Assembly: GCA_013265495.1 (NCBI GenBank)
Contig: MU058423.1
Coordinates: 3,363,061 to 3,427,060 of the forward strand
Source: Vicugna vicugna
Taxonomy: Eukaryota
DNA: 64,000 nucleotides
Direction: 5' to 3'
Positions within the stretch are counted from its first letter, which is position 1. Each line of letters begins with the position of its first letter. Positions 13,561 to 26,910 of the stretch are shown piece after piece. The notes beneath the pieces were generated by a model. That model saw nothing but the letters and a program-made list of their open reading frames with translations. It ran no database searches and had not been told where the DNA came from. The position numbers and the translations under genes were made by a program.

Positions 13561-14006
13561 AAGGATATAAGTAGTTTTAAGGGCACTTACATTTGCCCTC
13601 CAGAGAGAAATAATGGTTACATTTATAAGTAGAGAAATTTCTTCAACATTAATGGAGATTTCTATTGCATAAAAGACATAGATTGCTGAGAAAATGAACC
13701 TTTGGGAACTGAGGCAAAAACAAACATTTTGAGGCTCCAAGGATAAATTAGATCCATAAAGTTGGGCTTTTCAATTACAACACTAAGGATCAATAAATCT
13801 CTTATACCCCAGAGGTATTTTTGGCTTGAGTAATTGGGTGGACGGTACTATCATTCAGTGGAAAAAACTGAACATGAGATTTTTTCATTCGTTTATTCAG
13901 TCAATCACACATTCATTCATTCTGTTGGTAGTGTTAAGACAGTGAGGACAATGACAATCCAGTTTTGGACATTTTGAGGTTGAGGAGCCTGAGGTCCCTG
14001 TGATAC

Positions 14007-14430
14007 TGTAACTTATCAGAAATACATATTTGCTGATTCAGAAAACCAAATGTATTTCTCATATATATTTCTCTTCATCCACAGTTCCTGGCTCACAGCT
14101 CCCAACATCCTTGGAATTTCCTAACTGTTGACATTGAGAAAAGATGTCTTTTGTTATGTAAATGAAGCGACTCTGGATCCTGCCCTAGGGTGAGGGTTGG
14201 TAGCCAGGAGAACCAACCATGTGATTAGAGGACTGGGACATTCAGTCCCACCCTCTGATTTCTGTGGAGGGGAGAGGAGCTTCAGGGTTCTATCAACAGC
14301 TATTGACCAATGACTATGTAAAGAAGGCTTCACAAAAACCCCAAAGGATAGCTTTCTGGTCCTTTTTCAGAGAGCTTCCACATCGGGGAACCAGCGTGGT
14401 TCCACGTGCCACGGTACTAGAGTTTGGATC
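14007..14430 (+). mobile_element. LTR (MER21-like)
   Basis: agaaatacatatttg...gttcctggctcacagctccc...ccttggaatttcc; aaccaaccatgtgattagaggactgggacattcagtcc. Confidence 0.6.
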
Positions 14431-14805
14431 CCTAGGCAACACTGATACAGGAGACACAGGAGAAGAGGAGGGCAGGCCAAGGAGAATAAAGTGTCAACAG
14501 AGAGGAACAAAGGAGATCATGTTACCCCCAAAACTGAGGGAAAAATTTCTAAGAAGGAATTTTTCAACAATATCAAATGTGACAGAGAGGTCAGGTAAGA
14601 TAAAGATTCAAAAAAACCAACAATGAAGTCATTGATAACACTGACAAATGCAGTTTCAGTGGAAAGGTGGGGGTAGAAGGCGGATTACTATGGGAAGCAG
14701 AAACGGAACAAAGAGAACTGATTTCAAATATTTTAGTAATAAAGTGGAAAAAATCAGGGTGGCAGCCGGATGGGGATATGGGATAGAGGATTTCATTTTA
14801 ACATT

Positions 14806-14929
14806 TTTTTTTTTAGGGGGGAAGGTAATCAGGTTTATTTATTTATTTTTTAATGGAGGTACTGGAGATGGAACCCAGGGCCTGTGCTTGCAAGGCAGGC
14901 ACTCTACCACTGAGTTATACCCTCCCCCC
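14806..14929 (-). mobile_element. tRNA-derived SINE (Vic-1-like) with TSD
   Basis: A/B boxes on the minus strand; the direct repeat cattttaacatt flanks both sides (14794-14805, 14930-14941). Confidence 0.9.
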
Positions 14930-17337
14930 CATTTTAACATTCTTGAGTGCTATGGGAGAGAACCAGTAAAGAGAAAAGTCAAAGATTTGAGAGGGTCTGA
15001 ATGATGGTGCCAGAGGGGACCCATCGCTGAGAACGTCAGAGGGGATGGGGTCCACACAATAGCTGGGGGTTGGTCTTGGACAGAAGGGGCTTCTTCATGC
15101 TTTAAAGGGTAATTTGAAAATTAAATATATATACTGTGGAAACTACCGTGTTATGACTCAAGACTTCACTCAAAAGCTTTTTTTATGATACATTTCCCGA
15201 GGCCCTGGGTAAAATTATTCTCTTGCTCCTATAAACTCCTGGGACATTCTGTATGCACATCTGGAACTGCCCTGCCAATCAAAGATACTGAGAGTAAGAG
15301 AAATAGGACTCTGATGAAGTTGTGTTGCATGTTAAAAAAGTACTCCTTTGGTATTTTCACAAGTATAGTTATTGAAAGGGAATTCTATAGCATCAGAGGA
15401 GGTTTTTGGATATAGTGATATTAAATAGTGAATTCTAAAGAACACGGATAGGCCATCAAGGACCTATTTGAAGATACAGATAAGGAGAAGGCTGCAGACT
15501 GTTTACACTGAGATCCAGAGTGAAATGAGCCAGTGACACAGCTGGAATGTGACAGAATAGCACAAAACAATATTAAACATTTACTGTGAAGGCTCTACTC
15601 TGGCTGTCTTGGTTATCCTTAAAATAATCATAATGATGTGATAACGAGGAAACATTCATGCTAGTGAAGTAAATTAAAATCAAAGGCACCGCAACACAGT
15701 CTGGCTAGCTCTACTTTGAACAGAGGTCTGGAGAACAGATATATATATTTACATATGATTTAAATTTCAACAGATCTGTACACCAACAACAAGATGAGAC
15801 TACAAAGGGGCTATATATAAAAGGACTGTACAGAGAATAACATGTTGGGATGTTTCCCGAGTGACACAGACCTGCTGAGGTATCTCCTGCTGTCTCTGAT
15901 CACAGTCAGTGTAAATTTCATGCTTATGTATCACATTGCATTACTTGACATGTCTGATATCATTCCTCACATGGAGGGAAACCCCAGTGGGAACAAAGGA
16001 GGTCGAGTTAGAGAAATTGCAATAAATATTTAACATAGCTTCTCAGTTATTCTGTATGCTAGTTTTATAAGGGTTACTTTAGCAGTGTCCTGACTCACTG
16101 TCAGCTGGTACTAATTTACAGTTTCTCAACTGGAAACAGCTGGTGCTAATATTACAGTTATTACTGAGTTCCTGGTTGCTTCAGAAAGGCTTACACTTTA
16201 TTCATATAATGAGAGAATTTATAGTTCTCAACTGCGCATAGTTACAAATGCATATTATCTGTGTTACTAACAATGGCTGTTTATTTTTCCATTAGTAGGA
16301 ATGCATTGACAGAAATTACGAAGGGAATTTATGGTTGTTAATAAAATGTTCTTTACTGATTTAGCCTACAAGCAAAATTTTGGAAACAATTACCTTCTTT
16401 TGCAAGGACTATGGACAATCTTTTCTAACTAACTTCCTGGGGCTGTTAGGTCTAAAACTGTTTCTGTCTTGTACACAGAGTAAACAGTGAGGACCATAGG
16501 AAAATCCAAGGAAGATATTCATTTGAGCTTTCTGGGAATAATTCACTAACCGTAAGGAATGACCAAAATGGGGAGACCTTCATGTCCAGATGGTACCTGG
16601 AAGTAATACTTAATAAAATACCTTAAGAGATTCTGAATTGGCCTAAAAAGGTAACAATAGAAGATAAAATGTTAATAACTTTAGGTTTAGACACCAGTGT
16701 TAGCGAATTCCCAGAAATTGCCATTGAAATCTGGCTTCAGTTTATGAACAAGGAAATACATAAAATATTTACTAGAAAGAAAACATCACTAAATGAGTCA
16801 TACTATATGAGTGACGACTCACTACAATGAAGTGAAGCAAACACGTGAAGTTCAGAATCAACGCTATGGGTAGTTCCTCATTTCATTAAGATAAAGTAAG
16901 TCCTGGGTGTAAGCTAGTTTTTAAGCCCCAGCTTGGAAATAGCATTTGATTAGGAAAAACCTAAAAATTTCTAATGAAACCAATAAACAGGTTTGAGGAC
17001 AAAAAAAAATTTTTTTAAGACAAAAGAGACTTTCAGTCATGGGTTTGTTTTTAATACTTGTATCCCTATTTTCTCTTACACTATTTCTTTGCCCCAACCT
17101 ATAACCACGTTCAACTCTCTGTCCTAAAAACAGAAACATAAAATAAAATTGTTCCTGTTTCCGCCTTTTACCTAATTCCACTTTCCTCCTCTTTGTTAAC
17201 AAACTTCCCAAAAGAATAACCACACTCTGCTTCTGTTGCTTCACCTGCTCACCCCTTAACCCCTTGAAACCTGGCTTCTGCTCCTATGACTCCAATGAAA
17301 CTACTCTCTGAGGTTCACCACTGGACCACTGTCTTAG

Positions 17338-18590
17338 ACCATACACAAAACTAAACTCAAATCAGATAAAAGACTTGAATGTTAAGACCTGAAACCACAA
17401 AACTTCCTAAAGAAAACACAGGTGGTAAGCTCCTTGTCATTGGTCTTGCCCGTGATTTTTTGGACTTAATATCAAAAGCAAAGGCAACAAAAGTAAAAAA
17501 TAAGCAAGCGGGACTACAACAAACTAAAAAGCTTCTGCAAAGCAAAGGAAACCATCAGAAAAATGAAAAGGCAACCTACTGAATGGGAGAAAATATTTGC
17601 AAACTATATATCTGATAAAGGGTTGATATCCAAAATATATAAAGAACTCATACAACTCAATACTAAAATATAAAAGATCTGATTCAAAAGTGGGCAAAGG
17701 ACCCAAATAGACATTTTCCCAAAGTCATACTGATGGCCAACATGAAAAGATGCTCAACGTCACTAATCATTAGGGAACTGCAAATCAAAACCACAATGAC
17801 ATAGCACCTCACACCCATTATAATGACTATTATCAGAAAGATAGGAAATAAGTGTTGGTGAGAACGTGGAGAAAAGAGAACCCTTATATGCTGTTGATGA
17901 GAATGTAAACTAGTATAGCTATTATGGAAAACAGTACAGAGGTTCCTCAAAAAATTAAAAATAGAAATACCATATGATCCTGCAATTCCATTTCTGGGTA
18001 TTTATCCAAGTGGAAAAAAAGAAACATTAACTCTTAAAGATATGTGCACCCCTGTGTTCATTGCAGCATTATTTACAATAGCCAAGATATGGAAACAACC
18101 TACGTGTCCATCAATGGATGCATGGATAAAGAAAATGTGAGACAGACAGATAGACACACAAGATGGAATATTATTCAGCCCCAAAGAAGGAAATATTGCC
18201 ATTTTCAACAACATGGGTGGACCCTGAGGGCATTATGCTAAATGAAATAAGTCTGTCTGATGTATGGTCTCACTGATATGTGGGTGGGTGAAATGGGGGA
18301 AGGGAGTAAAAAGGTACAAACTTCCAGTTATAAAACAAATGTCATGAGGTCGTGGTGACTATAGTTAATAATATTGTACTGCATATTTGAAAGCTGCTAA
18401 GAGAGTAGATCTTTAAAGTTCTTACCACAGGAAAAATAATTTTTTGTAACTATGTATGGTGGCAGATATTAACTAAACTTCCCGTGGTGATCATTTCACA
18501 ACATATACAAATACTGAATCATTACGTTGTACATCTAAAACTGATATCATGTTATAGGTCAATTATACCTCAATAATAAAAATAAAAAAG
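17338..18590 (+). mobile_element. 5'-truncated L1 (ORF2 C-terminus plus 3' UTR), inserted into an L2
   Basis: Degenerate ORF2 peptides (RPETTKLPKENTG...[20 protein letters not shown]), L1 3' UTR and A-rich tail; L2 motifs on both sides. Confidence 0.92.
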
Positions 18591-20145
18591 CCCACCAAAG
18601 ACTTACTGATTGTCAAATAAACAGAGCAGCTCTCTCACCACGCCATCTCTCCACATTCTCCTCAAGCTCGTTTCTCCTTTAGCTTCTGTGATGCCACATT
18701 CCTCTCCAATGTTTTGGTCTCATTTTTTCTTAATTATGTCTTTGTCTACCAAAATTCTATACTTCGGTCCTTGTGTTTTGTTCTGAATGTTGTCTTTAGC
18801 TTTAATTATCTCGTCCATGTGGATTATTTTTAAATCTAGATATGAAAGAAATCCTAACTACTGTGCTCAGTTTTATGCATAAACTCTCAGCTGCCTACCA
18901 GACATCATCACAGACCCTGCTTGCACCTCACATTCAAATGTTCACAGGAAAGAGCTCAGTACTGGCAAGAGAAGAAATGAATTGGAAAAAACAGGAATAG
19001 CCAAAAAGAAGAACTGTTACTTAATTTACAGTCCATTCATGAAAGAATATTATGTATGGAACTATTAATATAACATGCTAAAATGTTTAATAATGTGGAA
19101 AATGCTTATATTATAATGATCAGTTTTTTAAAAAGCAGGATAAAAAATTGTATATGTAATTTGGCTTCAACTGTGTAAACAGTGAATTGGAAGAAACTGA
19201 AATGGTCTACATAAAAATGTTAACAGTGATTATCTCTGATAGGTGACATTTTCTTCTTTGTAATTTTATGTATTTTCCAAATGCTCTGTAGTGATCTTGA
19301 ATTAATCTTAGAATCAGGGGTAAAAAGGGGAGATTCAAGGTCATGTTGCCTACAGAATAAAATCTGGTCTTCACAGAATGGCATCTAAGGCCTGCCAAAA
19401 TCTGACCCCCAGTGCGGTCTTGTCCTTAACTCTAGGCCCCAAACATTCTCTGTTCCGTGCCACTACCTAGCCACCAGGTTCTCAGTGCTGTGCACTTTGA
19501 CAGTTCTGTGTTCCTGCTTGTCAGGTCTGTCTTCCTCCTATCAAAGCAGGACATTTTGACCCTGCATATCTTTGATCCCTAAACCATAATACAGAGCGGG
19601 AAGGCGATGCTCAAAATTTTCTGTTGGATTAGCTAAGAAAGAAAAAATTCTACAAGTATTTTATCTAACTCATAATGAATATTACTGGTAGCAATAATAA
19701 ACATAAAATTGGTTAAGATAATGCACTGGCTAAAATAACATATGATAAAGATTGCTCTTGCCACAAAAATTAAGAATTCCAAACAGAAATGAGATACGTA
19801 AAATCTGACCCTGGAAATCTGGGCTTTGTAAAATTAATAGCTACCTGACAGATAGTGGCAGATTAATACAAATGAAAATAGATATTATAATCTTTACTCT
19901 TGTTTTATAGTTCACGGTCCTTGTAAAATATACAGAGAAGAGAATAAACACCAAGGAAAATAATTTCATAAAATAAAAACTGAAATGAAAAACAACAGAA
20001 ATAGTTCAACTGCCTGGAATAGTGCCTGGCACATAGTAGACACTCAACAGAAATTTGTTAAATGAAATTGAATAAACTATTTGGTAAAGAAAATTGCCCA
20101 AGGAGTTAATCAGATTGCCTTAATGGAGTTTTGTCAGAAAATGCT

Positions 20146-20972
20146 TTTTTAAATAGCCTTATTGAGATATAATTCACATATTATACAATTCACTCATTTA
20201 AAATGTACAATTCAATGGTTTTTAGTATATTTAGAGTGTGAAACTGCCACTACAATCAATTGCAGAACATTTTCATCACCTCCAAAAGAAACCTCACAGC
20301 ATCACAAGTCACTCCCCATTTCCCTCCAACCTCCCCATCCTAGGCAACCACTAATCTACCTCCTGTCTCCTTAGACTTTGCCTATTCTGGACATTTCATA
20401 GACATGAAATCGTACAACATGTGGTATTTTGTGACTGGCTTCTTTCATTTAGCATGAAGTTTTAAAGTTTCACCCATGATGTGGCACATATCACTACCTT
20501 CTTTCTTTGTATTGCCAAATAATATTCCATTGTATGGATATTCTATATTTTGTTCACCCATTTAACGGTTGACAGACATTGGGGTTGTTTTGACTTTTTG
20601 ATTACTATAAATAATGCTATGAAAATTCATGTACAGTTGACTGTTCAACAACATGGGTTTGAACTGTGCAGGTCCACTTATATTTTTTTCAATAGTAAAC
20701 ACTACAGTACTACACCATCCATGGCTGGTTGAATCCTCAGATGTGGGTAAGCAGAACCGTGGATAAGCAGAATAAGGAGGACTAAGATACGTGGCTATCT
20801 GACTGCGGGGAGGGCCAGTGTTCCTAACCTCCGTGTTATTCAAGGGTCAACTGTGTAAGTTTTTATGTTGACATGTTTTCACTTCTCTTGGGATGTATTA
20901 GTGGAACTGCCAGATCATATGGTAACTGTTTAACTTCTGAGGAATTGCCAGTCTATTTTCAAAGCAGTTGCA
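20146..20972 (-). mobile_element. L1MB-like 3' end interrupted by a Tigger element
   Basis: T-tail then ttattgagatataattcacatattatacaattcactcatttaaaatgtacaattcaatgg; the L1 sequence resumes after 20853. Confidence 0.85.
20634..20853. mobile_element. Tigger-type (TcMar) non-autonomous DNA transposon
   Basis: TIRs cagttgactgttcaacaaca ... tgttattcaagggtcaactg, preceded by TA. Confidence 0.85.
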
Positions 20973-21869
20973 TTAGAAATGCTTTCTTGATGAAGATTCA
21001 GTATTGATGTACCACTCTAAAAAATAGTTTTTAATAATATATATAAGTCAAAATATTATTTGAGTCAAAATGTCTGACATTTTCATCCCATTTCCCTACT
21101 ACCGGTTAAATCCTACTAATCTTTCAAAGCTTAGCTTGCATGCCGCCTCTTCTAAGGATTCTTCCCTACTTGCTCACTCAGATCTAACAGCTCCTTTTCT
21201 CCTTTGAACTGCCACACAATTTTATTTGTACATTCATGGTTGCCTTTTTCACTCTGCATTTAACAATATATGTGTCAGTATCTCCCACTAAAGTGCAGGC
21301 TCCTGGATGGTAAAAATTTGTATTTTATGTTTACAGCAGTTATTATTATGAAGAATACATCATTTGAGATGATGAAAAGAGCCCATGCAAAAGATGGAAG
21401 TAAGTATCATACACAGTATTCTCACAGAACAAACTTATCTACAAGGTAATATATTTAATATAAGACAAACTTGAAAGAATTTTATCAGTAATTGCTGACA
21501 TTTGTTGATGACCAACACATAAGATCTATCTCAAGAGGTGTAACAAGCAAAAATAATGGTTTAGATAAACAGAAATACAAGTGGGGAGGGGTGGAAAGAG
21601 GGACTTTCTTAAAACATTAAATAAAAATTAATTACTGTATAAGCCTGTATGTCTATATTTTGTTAAATCATATTAGTTGGTAGAATGACTGAATGAACCT
21701 ATCAAGGCTATTGAAGAAAATTCAGGGCAAAATGTCCCTAAATTACAAAGTTTAAAAAAGAGAAAACTTTCCTTTTAATACTAATTCACTTTCCTTGAAT
21801 ATACTAACATGTAAATAATTGGCTAGGACTAATAAAAATCGGGGGGGGGGCACAGTAAAATATTTATTC

Positions 21870-22123
21870 ATTTTTTTTAAATTGTGGGAAAATATAACAA
21901 TTTACTATTTTAAACATTTTAAGTGTATAGCTCAGTAGTTTTAAGTACATTCCTATTTTTGTGCACCAAATCTCCAAGAACCCTTTTCATTTTGTAAAAC
22001 TGAGACTGTACCCATTAAACGACAATTCTCCACTCCTTCCTCCCTGCCAGCGATCATCATTTTACTTTCTGTCTCTATGAATTTGACCTCTTTATGTACC
22101 AAGTATACGTGGAATCATACAGT
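21870..22123 (-). mobile_element. L1MA/MB-like 3' end
   Basis: T-tail, aaattgtgggaaaatataacaatttactattttaaacattttaagtgtatag ... ggaatcatacagta. Confidence 0.8.
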
Positions 22124-22750
22124 AAATGGTAGGTGAATGGATAAGTAAGCTGTGGTACATCCAGATAACAGAATATTATTCAGTGCTAAAATAAAAAGAA
22201 ATGAGCTATCAAGCCATGAAGACATGGAAGAATCTTAAATGTAAATTACTTAGTGAAAGAAGCCTGCCTGCTGAATTTGAATATGGCTACCTACTGTGTG
22301 ATTTCAACCATATGACATTCTGGAAAAGACAAAAACCATGGAGACAGTAAAAAGAACAGTGGTTTCCTGGAGTTAGGGGGAAGGGGGGATGAGTAAGCTG
22401 CACACAGATTTTTAGGGCACTGAAACTATTTTGTATGATACTATAATGGTGGATACAAGTTATACATTTGTCAAAGCCAACAGGATATACAACACCAAGA
22501 GTGAACCCTAATGCAAACCATAGGCTTTGGGTGATAATGATGTGTCAATGTAGACTCATCAGTTGTAACAAATGTACCACTCTGGTAGGGATGTTAACAG
22601 CAGGGGAGGCTGTGTGTGTGTTTGTGTGTGTGTGTGCTTGTGTGCGTGTGGGCAGGGAGTACATGGGAACTCTCTGTACTTTCATTCAATTTTGCTATGA
22701 ACCTAATACTGCTCTAAAAATAAAGTTTAATTACAGAAAAAAAAAAAAAA
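22124..22750 (+). mobile_element. L1MC-like 3' end with poly(A) tail
   Basis: ggtgaatggataagtaagctgtggtacatcc...caacaccaagagtgaaccctaatg...aataaagttt and an A-tail. Confidence 0.85.
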
Positions 22751-25357
22751 GAGGGTGGGTAGAAGTGCCCTTAGAGAATTCAGTGAAGGAATCAGAGAAA
22801 TAGGAGAAAAAGTTTCATGGAAGCCAAGACAGTGAAGTTTTAAAAAAACAGGCAATTTTCACAGAATGCTGAATAGAGCACAAAGGCACAAATGAGAAAT
22901 AGTGACTAGATACAATCAGAGATGGCTGATGATATTAGCAAGGACAGTTTCTGTTGAGTAATGGGGTGGAAGTCAGAGTATGGGGTTGAAGGAGAAGGAG
23001 GAATGCTTAAGAGACAGCAAGTGTAGACTATTCTTTCGTGAAGTTTGGATCAGGATTGTGCAGAGAGAGGGAAATGCAAGTTAAATGGAGGTGGGATCAA
23101 AGATACAGGAAAACAGGTTGGCACTGAACAGGAAGAATATTTTGTTCTCTGAAATGAGTGAAAAGATCAGTGAAGACGAAGATTAAATTTGTAGGTGGAG
23201 GGTGTGAGACAGAGAGAGACAGAGACACATAAAAGGAGGCAAGGGTTCCCAGGAAGTGAAAGTCATGACCTAACATGACCTCGTTCTTGGATCCCGAGAA
23301 GTAGCAGCTGGAGGACCTGTCTGGTATTACCTGGGCCTTGGATATGACACTAAGTTATTTTATATCCATATTGGAAATCTTAAGGTCATTCAGTTCTGTG
23401 TATGTATCCCTTTTATCCCTGTAATCCACAGAAAAGGACTACAGTGTAAGCCTTGGTGTCCTATTCCCCCTAAATCCCAGACTGCCCTTTCCTACTCTTC
23501 TATTCTTCCTCACCCTGATTCGTTCTTCAGTTGCTGCTCCTGTTCCCAACCCATTCTGCCATACCCCCCCGGACCCTGGTTCCAGGGGTAGACAAGCTCC
23601 TACATTCTTAGCCGCTTCTCTTAACACTCCACTTGCTGCCGCTCTGAAACCGGGCCATGTCATGGGCACACTGCTTGTGCTGAAGCCCCGCAGGGCAGGT
23701 CATGTTTATTCTCCACCCCCATCTTCCCAGGAAGCAGTGCTAGCATGTTCCTAACTCCTCAGTGCCACGTACAGGTTGTAATGCTTCTGCTTTCAAGCCT
23801 GAGGCACAGATACCTGGCTATGTCTCACTCTTCTTCCAGTTAATGTCACACTGAAGTACCTACTTCTAGTCCTCCCCCTACACACTCCAAAACCTACAAT
23901 ATATTGGCTATTTTAACACCATGCAAATAACCTAACACCCTAGACTCACAGTTCTTTGCCCAATGCCTATCTATCTTTGGTAACACCTACACTCTGCACC
24001 GTGCCACCTCTCTAGATTTTCTCTAGAGAAAAAGATGCACACGAACATGCACAGGGCCATCACTAAAATTCATGTCCTAAATCTCAGCTGGGCCCTGTCT
24101 TTGGTCAGCTTCCTCTCCCATTCTTTATAGAAGCTTTTCTGATCTTTTACCATTATCCTCATATCCCTTACTTCATCTTTTTTGGTTGCTACTGAGAAAA
24201 CTAAGGTCATCAGATGAGAATTCTCTTAATTCCAGCCCTAAGCCAACCTACCATAAGTCATAAGTCACTCCTCTGCTCTCGGTTCCCCAGATCCTACAGT
24301 AGCAAAGTGAGTCCAGACTCCTTGAAATGACCACCCCCTCTCCCACTTTTTATGCAGCAGCAGTAACACACTGCTGTACTCACGGCTCTCCCAGCACACA
24401 CCATCCTGCTGTTCCTTGCCACTGTGTGCACTGTTCCTTCTACCACTCCTTTTCCTTCTCCAGCTCGACTGTTTTCAAAACCTTGCTAATGAATTATCAT
24501 CCATGGCACTCACCCTCCCTCATCCCCCCCAAAAAAGACCAGTAAAACACTTTTTCCTACCTCTTCTTGTATTTATTTTTACTACTGTAAATTTTACACT
24601 GTGTGGGGAATTTCTATAGGTAATTAAAAGAACAAATTTGGGTAAAATGACCAGTAGAAACACAAACTATAGGAACTGAGTAAGAGGTGAAATCATAGTG
24701 GGGACAGTGAGAAAAGATTTCATTCATTCAACAAATAACCTATATTATTTAAGGACACAGTAAGTGAAGGTAAGTGTTGGAGGAAAGCAGTGGGTAGAGT
24801 GTAGGCTGGGATAGGTATGGGCATAAAGGTGATGAGACACTTGATCTCATTCTTAAGGAATGCTTGGAATTCTAATTAACTGAAAGAATGGTAATGGTAA
24901 CGAGGTGGGAAAAGGAGAGAGTACCAAGGAGACGAATGCACACACATCTGGCCAACATAAGCTCACGAGTCTTGGCTAAAATGGGAGGTTTAGGAAGAGC
25001 CATATTATGAAATAAAGTTGAAAGCTTAATCATAGAAATCCTGGAGTTAGAAATGACCTTAAGAATCATCTAGATCACCCATCCTTCTAATGAAGGATAA
25101 CATTCCTGACAAACGGACAAGGCAGACTGTTCACTACTGTTCTCTTCTAAACGTTAGAGACAATTTTTTTCTATTATTGTATTGAATAGAAACATGACTT
25201 CTTTAACATTTCCTCACTGGTTCTGGTTCTCTCCTCTGATGTGCCCAGCATAAGTCTATTCCCTCTTTATGGGGCAGTCTTTCAAGTATCCTTCATTCAA
25301 CTAACGTGTGATCTTGAACAAATGACGCTACTTTTCTGAGGATCAACTTTCTCTTCT

Positions 25358-25482
25358 TTTTTGGGGGGGAGGGGTAGGCAATTAGGTCTATTTATTTATT
25401 TTTAGAGAAGGTGATGGGGATTGAACCCAGGACCTGGTGCATGCTACGCATGTGCTCTACCACTTGAGCTATACCCTCCGCC
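25358..25482 (-). mobile_element. tRNA-derived SINE (Vic-1-like) inserted in a MIR
   Basis: A/B boxes on the minus strand; TSD tttctcttct on both sides. Confidence 0.88.
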
Positions 25483-25509
25483 ATAATTTTCTCTTCTCTA
25501 AAAGAAAGG

Positions 25510-25925
25510 AGTGGCAGAGGCTAACTCTCCCCTGATAAGTGTCCTCCCTTTCTTTTCATTGTAATTCAGTCTTTTGCTGGGCACATGGACACCCAGCAAA
25601 GACGACATTTCTCAGCCTTCCTTGGAGCTCGATGTGTCCTTGTGCTCAAGTTCTGGTCAATGGGCTATGAGCAAAAGGGACCTCCCCTTCTGCTTTCTTC
25701 CTTCCCAGGGGCTAGAATTCGGATGTGAGGTGAGCCAACTTAGTCCCTGTGGATGAAAACAATACCTTGGGCATAACAGAGCAACAAGATAAAGAGCCAG
25801 GTCCCCTGATAACTTGACAGAGCAAGTTATCTTACTATGAGAGAGAAATAAACTGCTATCTAGTTTAAAACACTTGTCTTTCAAATATATGTGTTACAGC
25901 ACTTGAAATACATTCTAACCCAATA
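25510..25925 (+). mobile_element. Old MLT1-type LTR
   Basis: ttttgctgggcacatggacacccagcaaagacgacatttctcagccttccttggagct; gagagaaataaactgctatctagtttaa. Confidence 0.65.
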
Positions 25926-26659
25926 GGAGGCAACACCTCTATAAAAGGGATTTTGTAGTAAATAAAGTTAGGAATGTAAAACATACATATATACAAGTTC
26001 ATTTTTTAGTATTTGAACACCATCATCTTCTCTCGAGACTCACCCCACTCCCCTGTTAGTAACATAATTCAAGATTCCTCAGAATCTTAATGTAATTCCC
26101 TGGGTCTCTACTTGATAATACTATCTGTTGAAGGCTGACACCCCAAACTGAACATTAATTCTTTATAAGCTGTGTTTATGGAACAGCATATAATTTCCCA
26201 TATGACTTCCCCACATATTTAATTTGGGGACCTCTGTGTATTTGCCATTCTTAGCAAAGCTACAACAGATCCTTTCTCCAAATACCTGCATTCTTTCAAA
26301 AAATATAAACAGCCTCTTGTGTAAGGCTTAGTGATACAATGGTGAATATTAACTTACTGGTGTAAAACAGCATTGATAATAGCTTTAAAAGGTCTAACTA
26401 GCCAGTAATGAAACAATTTCGAGAATTTACTACTGGAAAGTCATATCTTGGAAAAAACATTAGATGCATGAGTACTGTTTCTTATTTCTCACATACAATA
26501 ACCTTGGGCAAATCTAAAGGGGCCAGGCTTAGTGGTGTCACACACTGGAACCAGTTTTCTGAGACTACCGCTCAGAAAAAGTCATACTATACATAATCAC
26601 CTTCTGTTTTGTTAAAACATAAAGATGAGAACACATATACCCTAAAACCTCAGAGGCAG

Positions 26660-26910
26660 CAGACTTCAGTGATTAGAGCATGCCCTGGAGCCAGACTGCC
26701 TCTGAGCTCTGCCACTTGACAAGCTGTGTAACTTTCAGCACCTCTTTGTGCTTCTGTTTCCTCAGGTATAAAATAAGAGTAGTAATAACAGTAAAAACGT
26801 AATACTAGTACCTTCTTCCTAGGATTATTTTGAGGATGTAAAGGCTTAGAAAAGTTCCTGGCTCATGGGGAAAGTGCTCCATTAAGTGTTAGCTACCATT
26901 ATTATAGCTA
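26660..26910 (+). mobile_element. MIR SINE
   Basis: ctggagccagactgcc...ctctgccacttgacaagctgtgtaactt...gtttcctcaggtataaaat; aagtgttagctaccattatt tail. Confidence 0.7.

Noticed and set aside
17357..18241. Cluster of 60-88 aa ORFs on both strands
   Set aside because: Broken L1 ORF2 remnants and their antisense frames.
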